From an uncultured Candidatus Rokubacteria bacterium (GTDB lineage Bacteria; Methylomirabilota; Methylomirabilia; Rokubacteriales; DASRDR01), in the NCBI GenBank assembly GCA_963708025.1, contig CAVPSB010000029.1, positions 32,001 through 96,000 on the forward strand: a stretch of DNA of 64,000 nt. The letters are read 5' to 3'. The notes beneath the pieces were generated by a model that saw nothing but the letters and a program-made list of their open reading frames with translations, did no database searches and had not been told where the DNA came from. Shown one piece after another: positions 30,057 through 38,860 of the stretch. Numbering within the stretch: position 1 is the first letter of the stretch; each line of letters begins with the position of its first letter. Both the position numbers and the translations under genes were made by a program.

Positions 30057-30509
30057 GTGCAGATCTGGGTAGACGCCGATGCATGCCCCCAGGTCATCAA
30101 GGAGATCCTGTTCCGGGCCGCCGAGCGCGCACAGGTCCTGACGACGCTGGTCGCCAACACGACGCTCCGCACCCCGCCTTCACCCTTCATCAGGAGCGTC
30201 CGGGTGGCGAAGGGTTTCGACGTGGCGGACCACCAGATCGTGCAGCAGGTGCAGCCCGGGGATCTGGTGGTCACGGCCGACATCCCGCTGGCCGCCGAGG
30301 TGATTGGGCGCGGAGCGCACGCGCTCGACCCGCGAGGCGAGCTGTATTCGGAGGACAATGTGCGGGAGCGCCTCGCCGTGCGCAACCTCATGCAAGAGCT
30401 GCGCTCGGCCGGCGCGCTCATCGGCGGCCCGGCGCCGTTCGGCAAGAGCGACCGGCAGCTCTTCGCGAATCACCTGGACCGCTTCCTGGCCCAGCATCGA
30501 GGTCGTTGA
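30057..30509 (+). CDS. yaiI: YaiI/YqxD (UPF0178) protein
   Basis: [31 protein letters not shown]. Confidence 0.92.
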   Translation: MQIWVDADACPQVIKEILFRAAERAQVLTTLVANTTLRTPPSPFIRSVRVAKGFDVADHQIVQQVQPGDLVVTADIPLAAEVIGRGAHALDPRGELYSEDNVRERLAVRNLMQELRSAGALIGGPAPFGKSDRQLFANHLDRFLAQHRGR

Positions 30510-30551
30510 AGCGACCACGACGCCGGCGGCGCGCGACGCGCTCCGCGCCGG

Positions 30552-32888
30552 CTAGGAGCCGACTCGCGGCCGAGCGGCCCGGATCGCGCACCACACGCGC
30601 TCGCTGGTCGCCGGCATGTCCAGCTCGCGCACACCCACGCCGGCGAGCGCGTCCAGCACGGCGTTCATCACGGCCGCCAGCGCCCCGACGGTCCCGGCTT
30701 CCCCGGCCCCCTTGGCGCCCAGGGGATTGAGCGTCGTCGGTACCGGGCGGCTGGCGACGGCGAAGTCGCACACGTCGTCCGCCCGCGGCATCGCATAGTC
30801 CATGAAGGATCCGCTGAGGAGCTGGCCCGACTCCGGGTCGTACACGACCTGCTCCATCAACACCTGGCCGAGTCCCTGGACCACGCCGCCGTGGATCTGG
30901 CCCTTCAGCGTCAGGGGGTTGATCACCGTCCCGACGTCGTTGACGACGGAGTAGCGCAGGACCTCGACCCGTCCCGTCTCCGGCTCGATCTCCACCTCGC
31001 AGACGTGGCAGCCGTTGGGGAACGTGTGGTTCGTCGGCGAGAACGTCCCGCTCTCGTAGAGCCCGGGTTCGAGCCCGGGCGGCAGCCGCTCCGGCTGGAA
31101 CGCCGCCCGGGCCACCTCGCGGAGCGTGGCGCCGCGATCGGTCCCCACGACGGTGAACCGGCCATCGGCGAAGGTGACGTCGGCCTCGGCCGCTTCGAGC
31201 AGGTGGGCGGCGATCCGCGTGCCCTTGGCGATCACCTTGCCGGCGGCCAGCCAGAGCGCGGAGCCCCCGATGACGGTCGAGCGGGACCCCACGGTGCCCA
31301 CGCCGAAGGCCACCCGGTCCGTGTCGCCGTCCACGAACCGGACGTCACCCGGATCCAGTCCGAGCCGCTCGTGGACGATCTGCTTGAACGTCGTCTCGTG
31401 GCCCTGGCCCTGGTTCTTGGTCCCCATGAGCACCGTGGCCGTGCCGCTGGGATCGAACCGGACCTCGGCATACTCGAGGCCCGGGGAGGCCGCGCACTCG
31501 ATGGCGTTCGCGAGGCCGAGGCCCCGCAGCCGGCCGCGCCGCCGGGATTCTTCCCGGCGCGCCGCAAAGCCGGCGTGGTCCGCCCGCGCCAGGGCCTCGA
31601 CCATGAGCTTGCCGAACTCGCCGCAGTCGTAGGTGAACGTCAGCGATGTCTTGTAGGGCATGGCGTCGGGCGCGATCAGGTTTCGCCGGCGCAGCTCGAT
31701 CGGGTCCCGCTCGAGCTCGCGCGCCGCGTCGTCGATGAGCCGCTCGATGAGGTACGTCGCCTCGGGGCGCCCGGCGCCGCGGTAGGGCGCCGTGGGGTTG
31801 GTGTTCGTCAGGACCCCGAGCACCCGGACGTGGGCCGCCGGGATGGCGTAGACGCCGACCACGGTGCCCACGTTCTGGAACGTCGGCAGGAGGTTCCGGT
31901 CCGAGGAGACGTAGGCGCCGAGGTTCGCTGTCGTCCGGACGCGCAGTCCCAGGAACCGGCCGTCGCCATCGAGCGCCAGCTCCGCCTCGCTCACGTTGTC
32001 GCGGGCGTGCTCGTCGGCCAGGAGCGCCTCGGTCCGCTCACACAGCCACTTCACCGGTCGGCCGACCCGTCGCGCCGCCCACAGCACGAGCCGGTGCTCG
32101 GCGTACTGCCAGCCCTTGGCGCCGAAGCCGCCGCCGACGTCGCCGGCCACCACGCGGACCCGGGGCTCGGAGACCCCCAGGATCCGCGCCAGCGCGCCGC
32201 GGACGCGGTGGGGGTACTGGACGTCGGCGTACAGGGTGTAGCGGCCCTCGCCCGGATCGTAGTCGCCGACGGCGCCCCGCGGCTCGAGGTACTGGGCGTG
32301 CACGCGGGTGATGACGTAGCGGCGCCGGACGACGTGGCGGGCGCGCCGGAAGGCGGCATCGGTCGCCGCCGCGTCGCCGACCTCGAAGACGTTCGACACG
32401 TTGTCGGGGCACTCGTCCCACACCGGCGGGCTCCCCGGCTGCGCGGCGTCCGCGGTCGCCGTCACCGAGGGCAGGGGATCGTAGCCGACGGCGACTCGCT
32501 CGGCGGCGTCCTGGGCCTGGGCGAGGGTCACGGCGACGACGAGGGCGATCGGGTCGCCCACGTGGCGGACCCGGTCGCGCACCAGCCCGGGGTGGGTTGG
32601 CGCGAACATCGGCGAGCCGTCCGGCCGCTTCCGGGCCAGCGTGGTGGCGGTGGTGCCGAGCCGGTCCCGGGCGAGGTCCTCGCCGGTGAGGACTTCGAGC
32701 ACCCCGGGGGCGCCCACCGCCGCCGACGTGTCGATCGAGCGAACGCGCGCGTGGGCGTGCGGCGAGCGCACGACGACCGCGTACGCCTGCCGCGGGAGCA
32801 CGACGTCGGCGATGTACCGCCCCTGTCCCCGGAGGAGGCGCGGGTCCTCGAAGCGGGAGACGGGCTGGCCGATGCCGAACGGGCCCAT
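30552..32888 (-). CDS. Xanthine dehydrogenase-family molybdopterin-binding large subunit (form II CoxL/CutL-like)
   Basis: R.EDPRLL.G.G.Y, GGGFG.K, PYRGAGRPEA, QGQGHET, GAKGAGEAG. Confidence 0.9.
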   Translation of the reverse strand: MGPFGIGQPVSRFEDPRLLRGQGRYIADVVLPRQAYAVVVRSPHAHARVRSIDTSAAVGAPGVLEVLTGEDLARDRLGTTATTLARKRPDGSPMFAPTHPGLVRDRVRHVGDPIALVVAVTLAQAQDAAERVAVGYDPLPSVTATADAAQPGSPPVWDECPDNVSNVFEVGDAAATDAAFRRARHVVRRRYVITRVHAQYLEPRGAVGDYDPGEGRYTLYADVQYPHRVRGALARILGVSEPRVRVVAGDVGGGFGAKGWQYAEHRLVLWAARRVGRPVKWLCERTEALLADEHARDNVSEAELALDGDGRFLGLRVRTTANLGAYVSSDRNLLPTFQNVGTVVGVYAIPAAHVRVLGVLTNTNPTAPYRGAGRPEATYLIERLIDDAARELERDPIELRRRNLIAPDAMPYKTSLTFTYDCGEFGKLMVEALARADHAGFAARREESRRRGRLRGLGLANAIECAASPGLEYAEVRFDPSGTATVLMGTKNQGQGHETTFKQIVHERLGLDPGDVRFVDGDTDRVAFGVGTVGSRSTVIGGSALWLAAGKVIAKGTRIAAHLLEAAEADVTFADGRFTVVGTDRGATLREVARAAFQPERLPPGLEPGLYESGTFSPTNHTFPNGCHVCEVEIEPETGRVEVLRYSVVNDVGTVINPLTLKGQIHGGVVQGLGQVLMEQVVYDPESGQLLSGSFMDYAMPRADDVCDFAVASRPVPTTLNPLGAKGAGEAGTVGALAAVMNAVLDALAGVGVRELDMPATSERVWCAIRAARPRVGS

Positions 32889-33155
32889 CAGCGGCCGCGC
32901 ATCACTCGCACCGGATCGGTCCGCCGGCGGCGGATGTCCGGTGTCGCGTCGATCGACTGGTTGTCGGCGATCAGGATTGCTCCCCTGGGGGCTGGCGGAC
33001 CAGGCCCGTTCCGCCCGATGGTGCGGGGCCGGTGCGGGTTGTGTCAAGAGCGCGGCCCCTGCCCTGGCGGCGGGCTGCACGTGGGGGCGCCGGGGTGTCG
33101 ATCTCGAGCCGGCCCGTTCGACCCGATCTGGTACAGTCCCGCGGTCCCCTCCGGG

Positions 33156-34085
33156 TCAATCCCAGAGGCGGGTGGAGAAGTAGCGCTCGCCGAGGTCGTT
33201 GAAGAGGGTCACGAAGCGGCCGTGCCGCTCGCGGCGGGCGACGCGCTCCACGCCGGCCAGGTAGGCGCCGGACGACTGCCCGACGAAGAAGCCGGCGCCG
33301 GCCAGCCGGACGCACATGGCGTAGGCCTCGTCGCTCGTGACGGGAACGCGCTCGTCGATCAGGCTCTCGTCGAGGTTGGCGGGCACGATGTCCTCGGGGC
33401 TGCCGAGGGGCTTGAGCCCCTCGATGCCGGGGAAGGTGTCCGGCACGACGCAGACGAGCCGGATGGCGGGGTCGTGCTCCCTGAGGCGGCGGCCGAGGCC
33501 GGTCAGCGTCCCGCCGGTGCCGACGCCGACGACCAGGTGGGTGAGGCGGCCGCCGGTCTGGGTCAGGATCTCCTCGGCGGTCGTCTCGTAGTGGGCGCGC
33601 CAGTTGTCGGGGTTCGCGTACTGGTCGCAGAAGAAGTAGCGATCGGGGTCCGCCTGGTACCGGCGGTGGACCTCCCGCAGGGCCTCGTCGTAGCCCAGGA
33701 GCCCGTCGGTGAAGACGAGGCGGGCGCCGTGGGCCCGGAGCCGCTTCTTGCGCTCGACGCTGGCGTTGTCCGGGATCACGATCTCGACCGGCACCCCGAC
33801 GATCCGGCCGATCATCGCGTAGGCGATGCCGGCGTTGCCGGAGGAGCTGTCGAGCAGGGTCTGGCCGGGCCGGAGTCGTCCCTTGGCGAGCGCCCCCAGC
33901 ACCATCCGCAGCACGGGGCGGTCCTTGAGCGAGCCGCCGGGGTTGAGCGACTCCATCTTGGCCCAGACCTCGACGTCGGGCAGCTCCTCGCGGAAGATGT
34001 CCACCGGCACCAGCGGCGTGTTCCCCACTGCCCGGAGGACCGGGTAGCGGTCGAGCAGCGGTTGAACGACCGGGTCCCAGGGCAT
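33156..34085 (-). CDS. cysM: PLP-dependent cysteine synthase (CysM-like)
   Basis: GNTPL, NPGGSLKDR, SSGNAG, DQYANPDN, GVGTGGT. Confidence 0.85.
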   Translation of the reverse strand: MPWDPVVQPLLDRYPVLRAVGNTPLVPVDIFREELPDVEVWAKMESLNPGGSLKDRPVLRMVLGALAKGRLRPGQTLLDSSSGNAGIAYAMIGRIVGVPVEIVIPDNASVERKKRLRAHGARLVFTDGLLGYDEALREVHRRYQADPDRYFFCDQYANPDNWRAHYETTAEEILTQTGGRLTHLVVGVGTGGTLTGLGRRLREHDPAIRLVCVVPDTFPGIEGLKPLGSPEDIVPANLDESLIDERVPVTSDEAYAMCVRLAGAGFFVGQSSGAYLAGVERVARRERHGRFVTLFNDLGERYFSTRLWD

Positions 34086-34106
34086 GCTTCTAGTCTGCCA
34101 GACGGC

Positions 34107-34337
34107 TCAAGCCCGGGCCGGCAGGCCGTGAAGGGCAAGGGCGTTCTCGGAGAGGATCCGCCGGCCGGCCGCGCGCGCCTCCTCGAGGGTGAGCTCGCCG
34201 CGCTCCACCAGCCAGCCCAGCGCCTCGCCCAGCGCGGCCCGCGTCCAGTCCGCGGCGAGCCCGAACAGCTCGGGGAGCCCGCCCACGTCCGATCCGTAGA
34301 GGAGCTTGCTGGCCGGCGCCAGGGCGAGGTTCTCGCC
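34107..34337 (-). pseudogene. C-terminal remnant of an amidohydrolase (FluG-N/nodulin-6-like)
   Basis: Manual translation GENLALAPASKLLYGSDVGGLPELF..ALGEAL..LVERGELT..ILSENA..; no start or N-terminus. Confidence 0.65.
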
Positions 34338-34370
34338 CGTCCACGATGCTCAGGTCCGAGAGGTCGACGA

Positions 34371-34718
34371 TCACGCCGGGCCTGCCTCCTGCTTCCTCAG
34401 CACCTCCCAGGCCGACCGCTGCACGGCCGTCCACGGCTCTCGCGTCCACGCCGACCCGACGGCCGCGGTAACGGAGTGGGCCGTCCCGGCGGGGTAGAAC
34501 GTCCCCCGCCAGCCCTGGGTGCCGTACCGGGTCAGCTGGAGGTCGTAGCCCTGCCGTACCATGCCGGCGACGATGCGGCCGATCCCCGGCCAGCCGCCCA
34601 GCCACCGGCGCAGGCCGACGACGAGCGCCGGCTCCCGGCCGGCCGGATAGCGGAACTCGAGGGCCGTGAGCATGGTGAACAGGACGCGGCGGCGCTGCTC
34701 CAGCTCGCGAGTCGTCAC
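34371..34718 (-). CDS. Trp-rich hypothetical protein
   Basis: RWLGGWPGIGRIVAGMVRQGYDLQLTRY..GWRGTFY..AW..PWTAVQRSAW; GTG at 34718. Confidence 0.65.
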   Translation of the reverse strand: MTTRELEQRRRVLFTMLTALEFRYPAGREPALVVGLRRWLGGWPGIGRIVAGMVRQGYDLQLTRYGTQGWRGTFYPAGTAHSVTAAVGSAWTREPWTAVQRSAWEVLRKQEAGPA

Positions 34719-34722
34719 CGGA

Positions 34723-35112
34723 TCACCTCGTCCCCTGGCTGTCCGGGTTCCGGGACACCCGCACCGTCGTCCAGCGCTCGAGCACGACCTCGCCGGCCGG
34801 CGCGCCTCGCCGCTTGCGGACATCGGACACCCGGCTCAGGTGGACGGTGGCGTGGCGCTGGTTCCGGGCCTTCGAGTACCAGGCGGCCAGCGCCGCCGCC
34901 TGCTCGACCACCGTCGCGGGAAGCTCCGGCAGGTGCTCCGGGTTCCGGATGACCACGTGGCTGCCCGGCACCCCGCCGGCGACGTGCAGCCAGAAGTCCT
35001 CGGGCGCCGCGATTTCGAGCGTGAGGACGTCGTTCTCCTCGTCGCCGCGACCCACCAGCACCTCGAAGCCGTCGATCGTGAAGGTCCGGTAGGGGCGGCC
35101 CTTGCCCGCCAC
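34723..35112 (-). CDS. Stand-alone NFACT-R (DUF814) RNA-binding domain protein
   Basis: VLVGR...ENDVLT, DFWLHV..PGSHVVI, AA.LAAWYSKAR. Confidence 0.85.
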   Translation of the reverse strand: MAGKGRPYRTFTIDGFEVLVGRGDEENDVLTLEIAAPEDFWLHVAGGVPGSHVVIRNPEHLPELPATVVEQAAALAAWYSKARNQRHATVHLSRVSDVRKRRGAPAGEVVLERWTTVRVSRNPDSQGTR

Positions 35113-35281
35113 GCGCTCAGCCCCGGCCGGCTCGCGTCAGAGCAGGAAGGACCACGCGTTGATCCCGAGGAGGGCCACCGGAGACGTCCCGCGACAGACC
35201 CGCTCCGTCGCTCCCAGCCGGAAGACGTCCATATGTGGCTACGTTCCGGCCGAGGCTACGCGGCGCCCCGGGGTCGTGTCA

Positions 35282-35344
35282 AGCACGCTCCTCTGACAGC
35301 ACGCTCCTCTGACAGCACGGCCCTCTGAGGTGGCCCTTTGAGGT
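35282..35344. repeat. Short tandem repeats (16 bp x3, overlapping 13 bp x2)
   Basis: AGCACGCTCCTCTGAC x2 + AGCACGGCCCTCTGAG; GGCCCT(C/T)TGAGGT x2. Confidence 0.8.
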
Positions 35345-35580
35345 GCCACGGTCCCGCGCGGTCCCGTTTGGTACTCGCAGCCCGACCGGCCAGGCTGTTG
35401 AGGCTCTGGCCGCCTGCGCGACCCGGTGGGTCGATCCTGTTCGGCGCCTCTGAGGCAGCGATCCGGCCTAGGGTGGCCACATGCCAGAAGTTCGCGGGGT
35501 TGCGGTCGGCCTCCCGGTTGGCATGCTCTTGCATTATTGGTCGGGCCACTCGGGTCGGAGGGCCAGAGAGGGGACCGGCC

Positions 35581-35883
35581 ATGACCAGTGCGAATGCTCC
35601 ACTTCTTCCGACGGGTGCCGCTCGCGGCCCTCATCGCGACCCTGTCGTGGGGGCCATCAGGATCGGGATCGGGGGCCGACGGCGACAGCGGCACGATCGC
35701 CCCCGCCGCTCGGAGCGCGAGCGGGCCTGCGCCCGGTGTGAGCGCGCGTTCCAGCCAACCCCCGTGCGCCGGCTGACGTGCCAGAGCTGCTACCTCGCGA
35801 ACACCGACGTCGATCCCGTGGTGTCGCGCGGCGAGCCGACGCGGTCGATGGGCCGCTCGAGCACCGGGGCTCAGGACGGCTAG
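35581..35883 (+). CDS. Small basic protein with CxxC..CxxC zinc ribbon
   Basis: CARC..FQP....RLTCQSC; GAGAGGG RBS before ATG 35581. Confidence 0.5.
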   Translation: MTSANAPLLPTGAARGPHRDPVVGAIRIGIGGRRRQRHDRPRRSERERACARCERAFQPTPVRRLTCQSCYLANTDVDPVVSRGEPTRSMGRSSTGAQDG

Positions 35884-35890
35884 ACACGAG

Positions 35891-36310
35891 ATGGCCGGTA
35901 GTCACGCGCCACGCCTCCTGGTCGTCAGCGATGACCTCGCGCTCCGTCGGGGGCTCTGCAATCTGCTCACGGTCCTCGACTGCGATGCGGAGGCTGCCAG
36001 CGATGGCCACGACGCACTCGCCCGCCTCGCGTCCTCCGACTACCACGTCGTGTGTCTCCATGTGCGTCGCGGCGGCGTGTCGGCGTGGGACGCCGCGGCC
36101 ACGATTCGGCGCCTCGCCCCGGCGACCCGGATTCTCCTCTTTACCGACATGCGTGGCGCCCTGGATCACCAGCGCGCCGGCCGAGCCGGCGTGGCGCTCG
36201 TCCGGGTTCCCATCGCCCTGCACGAGCTGACCGCGGCGCTCCGTCAGGCGCTGGCATCCACCGAAGATCGGGCTGGACACTCCATGGCCCGCCAGGCTGA
36301 CCCCTCGTGA
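35891..36310 (+). CDS. Degenerate (pseudo-)receiver domain protein
   Basis: LLVVSDD..LR, A.DG.DAL; phospho-acceptor position reads VVCLH and KP reads VP. Confidence 0.6.
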   Translation: MAGSHAPRLLVVSDDLALRRGLCNLLTVLDCDAEAASDGHDALARLASSDYHVVCLHVRRGGVSAWDAAATIRRLAPATRILLFTDMRGALDHQRAGRAGVALVRVPIALHELTAALRQALASTEDRAGHSMARQADPS

Positions 36311-36342
36311 GGCTGAATCTCGGCCTCGGGGAAGGTCATCGC

Positions 36343-36726
36343 ATGGCACCGCAGGGGTCCCGTGTCCTCCTCATCGACGACTCTCGCACCGCCCGCGCCA
36401 CCCTGGCGCGCGCCCTCGAGGACGCCGGCTTCGAGACGGCGACCGTCGGGGACGCGGCCGAGGCCCTCGACGCCCTGGCGCAGCGGCACTTCTACGTGGT
36501 CGTGGCCGACTACCAGCTTCCGGGCGTCACCGGTCTCGAGCTCCTGGCCATCCTCCGCGGGGAGGATCCGGCGCGGCCCCTGATCCTCTACTCGGCTTCG
36601 ATGACGCCCGACATCGCCGCCCAGGCGCGCGACTTCCGGGTCACAGCGATGCTGCGGTCGCCGGTCGCCCCGGCGATGCTCGTGGCGGCGGTCCAGGCGG
36701 CGCTCCAGCCGAAGACCCTGGCCTGA
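36343..36726 (+). CDS. Single-domain response regulator (CheY-like)
   Basis: VLLIDDS, VVADYQLPG.TGLELL, ILYSA. Confidence 0.8.
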   Translation: MAPQGSRVLLIDDSRTARATLARALEDAGFETATVGDAAEALDALAQRHFYVVVADYQLPGVTGLELLAILRGEDPARPLILYSASMTPDIAAQARDFRVTAMLRSPVAPAMLVAAVQAALQPKTLA

Positions 36727-36892
36727 CCGCGGCCCCGGTCGGCCCGGCCGGATCGCAAGCATCGCGCGCCGCCGCCTCGCCGCTGCCGAGCAGAAACAGG
36801 TGACGAGGCGGTGAGTCTACCCTGGCAAGCGCACTCCTTTCCGCATATGCACGAGCCATGGACAGGAACGTGAAGGCGGGCGCGCCCGATGA

Positions 36893-37154
36893 TCTCGCCC
36901 ACCGGGCCGAACGCGCCCTCCGGCACGAGCTGGTCGAGCATGTTGAAGGACTGCATCGCCACCGTGAGGCCGATGCCCGAGGTGAGGTACGAGCCCAGGA
37001 ACCGCGTGTGGCACGCCTTCCCGCGGATCACGCCGTCGTTCCCGCAGTAGAGGAAGCGGACGAGCTGGATCGCGTCGGCCTTGCACCGCCGGTGGATCTC
37101 GCGGATCCGCCGGCCGGCCGCGTTCCTGGCCTTGCCGCCCTTGGCGGTGGCCAT
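36893..37154 (-). pseudogene. N-terminal remnant of a glutamine synthetase-like (FluG-C/GlnA-type) gene
   Basis: VRFLYCGNDGVIRGK..GIGLTVAMQ..GPVGEI, then similarity stops; no catalytic domain. Confidence 0.7.
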
Positions 37155-37231
37155 CGTGGCGCCCTCCTCTCCCGGTTGACCGGGGGATCGTAGCACGCCG
37201 GCGAACGGCTCATCTGGCGTACAATCGCGGC

Positions 37232-38278
37232 GTGGCCGGCGAGCCGGACTTCCTGGAGGCCATCGAGCGCCTGCACGCCCGCGGGGTCACCGACGGGCTG
37301 CCGGTCATCCCGCCGACCCCCGAGCTGGTGCGGCGCTTCGTCGAGGTGAGCGGCCGGCCGGGGGACGAGCTGGTCGCCGTCGTGCCGCCGAACATGGGAC
37401 GCGGCACCGTCGAGAAGCTCGCCGTCAACGCGGTGCTGGCGGGGGCGCGCCCGGAGTACATGCCGGCCATCCTCGCCGCCGTCCGCGCGATGTGCGCGGA
37501 GCCCTTCGCGCTCCACGGGGTGGCGGCGACGACCAACTTCGCCTCGCCGCTCCTGATCCTCAACGGGCCGGTCCGGAAGGAGCTCGACGTCAACTGCGCC
37601 GCCGGCGTCTTCGGGTCGGGCTGGCGGGCCAACGCCACCATCGGGCGGACGATCCGCCTGGTCATGGTGAACCTGGGCGGCGCCCGACCGGGCGTCATCT
37701 CGATGTCCACGTTCGGGCACCCCGGCCGCTACACCTACTGCATCGGCGAATACGAGGAGGCCAGCCCGTGGCCGCCGCTCCACGTCGAGCGCGGGTTCGC
37801 CCCTGACGACAGCACCGTGGCCGTCTTCGCCGCCGAGGCGCCCCACGGTGTCTACGACCACTGGAGCCGCCGGGGGCACCAAGTCCTCAACTCGATCGCG
37901 GCCAGCCTCTCCGCGACCTGGAACTACAAGCTCACCGGCTACGGCGATACGCTGGTCGTCCTCTCGCCCGAGCACACTCGCACGCTGGCCGACGACGGCT
38001 GGGACAAGCCCCGCATGCGCCAGTACCTCTGGGAGCGCTGTCAGCTCCCGGTGCGGGAGCTGATCCCGGACGACGAGTGGGGCGAAGGCCTGCCGGAGAG
38101 CGTCCGGGCGAAGTTCGCCGATCCGGCGCACGACGAGACCCGCATTCCGAAGTTCCGCAGCCCGGACAACCTGGTCATCCTGGTGGCCGGCGGCACCGCC
38201 GGGCGGTTCTCGGCGGTCATCCCCGGCTTCACGTTCCCTGGCGGCAGTCAGCTCGTGATCGAGAAGATCACGTCATAG
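37232..38278 (+). CDS. Conserved protein of unknown function, partner of UGSC-family proteins
   Basis: G.TDGLPVIPPT, TVEKLAVNAVLAG.RPEY, RANATIGR, E.EEASPW.PLHVERG. Confidence 0.8.
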   Translation: MAGEPDFLEAIERLHARGVTDGLPVIPPTPELVRRFVEVSGRPGDELVAVVPPNMGRGTVEKLAVNAVLAGARPEYMPAILAAVRAMCAEPFALHGVAATTNFASPLLILNGPVRKELDVNCAAGVFGSGWRANATIGRTIRLVMVNLGGARPGVISMSTFGHPGRYTYCIGEYEEASPWPPLHVERGFAPDDSTVAVFAAEAPHGVYDHWSRRGHQVLNSIAASLSATWNYKLTGYGDTLVVLSPEHTRTLADDGWDKPRMRQYLWERCQLPVRELIPDDEWGEGLPESVRAKFADPAHDETRIPKFRSPDNLVILVAGGTAGRFSAVIPGFTFPGGSQLVIEKITS

Positions 38279-38288
38279 GAGGACCGTC

Positions 38289-38813
38289 ATGGCCGAGTTC
38301 CTGGACCCCACCGACTCCGTCGCGGTACCGCGCCGCCGCGCCCCCCGGCTCCCGAGCCTGGAGGGCAAGACGGTCGTCCTCCTCGACATCTCGAAGCCGA
38401 AGGGGAACTTCTTCCTGGACCGCATCGAGGAGCTGCTACGGGCCGAGGCGCGACCCCGGGCGGTGCTCCGGGTGGCCAAGCCGACCTTCGCCAAGCCGGC
38501 GCCCGACGCCCTGCGCCGAGAGCTCTTGACCTCGGCCGACGCCGTCATCGAGGCCCTCGCCGACTGAGGGTCCTGCACAACGTGCAGTGTGCACGACGGC
38601 GTCTTCTTCGAGGATCAGGGCAAGCCGACCGCCACGGTGATCACCACGGAGTTCGTCCGCGCCGCCCACGCCCAGGCGGAGGCGCTGGGGCTGGCCGGCT
38701 ACCGGCCCGTCGTCATCGCGCACCCGATCCAGCCGCTCCTGCGGGACGAGGTGCGGGCGCTGGCCGACAAGGCCTGGGAGGAGATCCGCGAGCGCCTGAC
38801 CGGTGCGGCCTAG
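38289..38813 (+). CDS. UGSC-family selenoprotein (in-frame TGA at 38565 read as Sec)
   Basis: ORFs 38289-38567 and 38589-38813 share a frame; read-through gives ALAD-U-GSCTTCSVHD (UxxC). Confidence 0.8.
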
Positions 38814-38860
38814 CCGGGAACCCGGGGGGGAGTCACCTCAAAGCGTCGCTTCCCGGGCGG

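Noticed and set aside
30552-32888. True aerobic CO dehydrogenase (form I)
   Set aside because: Active-site loop is PYRGAGR, not AYxCSFR, and no coxS/coxM is adjacent
32890-33050. Moco riboswitch in the coxL-like leader
   Set aside because: Hairpins and one GCAA tetraloop are present, but I cannot match the consensus, and GC-rich DNA folds easily
30891-34952. 1353-aa plus-strand ORF and similar long ORFs (e.g. 23374-25671, 54434-56536)
   Set aside because: Antisense shadows of well-supported genes in very GC-rich DNA; no recognisable motifs
35282-35344. Mini-CRISPR array
   Set aside because: Repeats are contiguous with no spacers and no cas genes
35519-35533. Sigma54 promoter TGGCATGCTCTTGCA
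   Set aside because: GG-GC spacing is 9 nt instead of the required 10; only an indel error could rescue it
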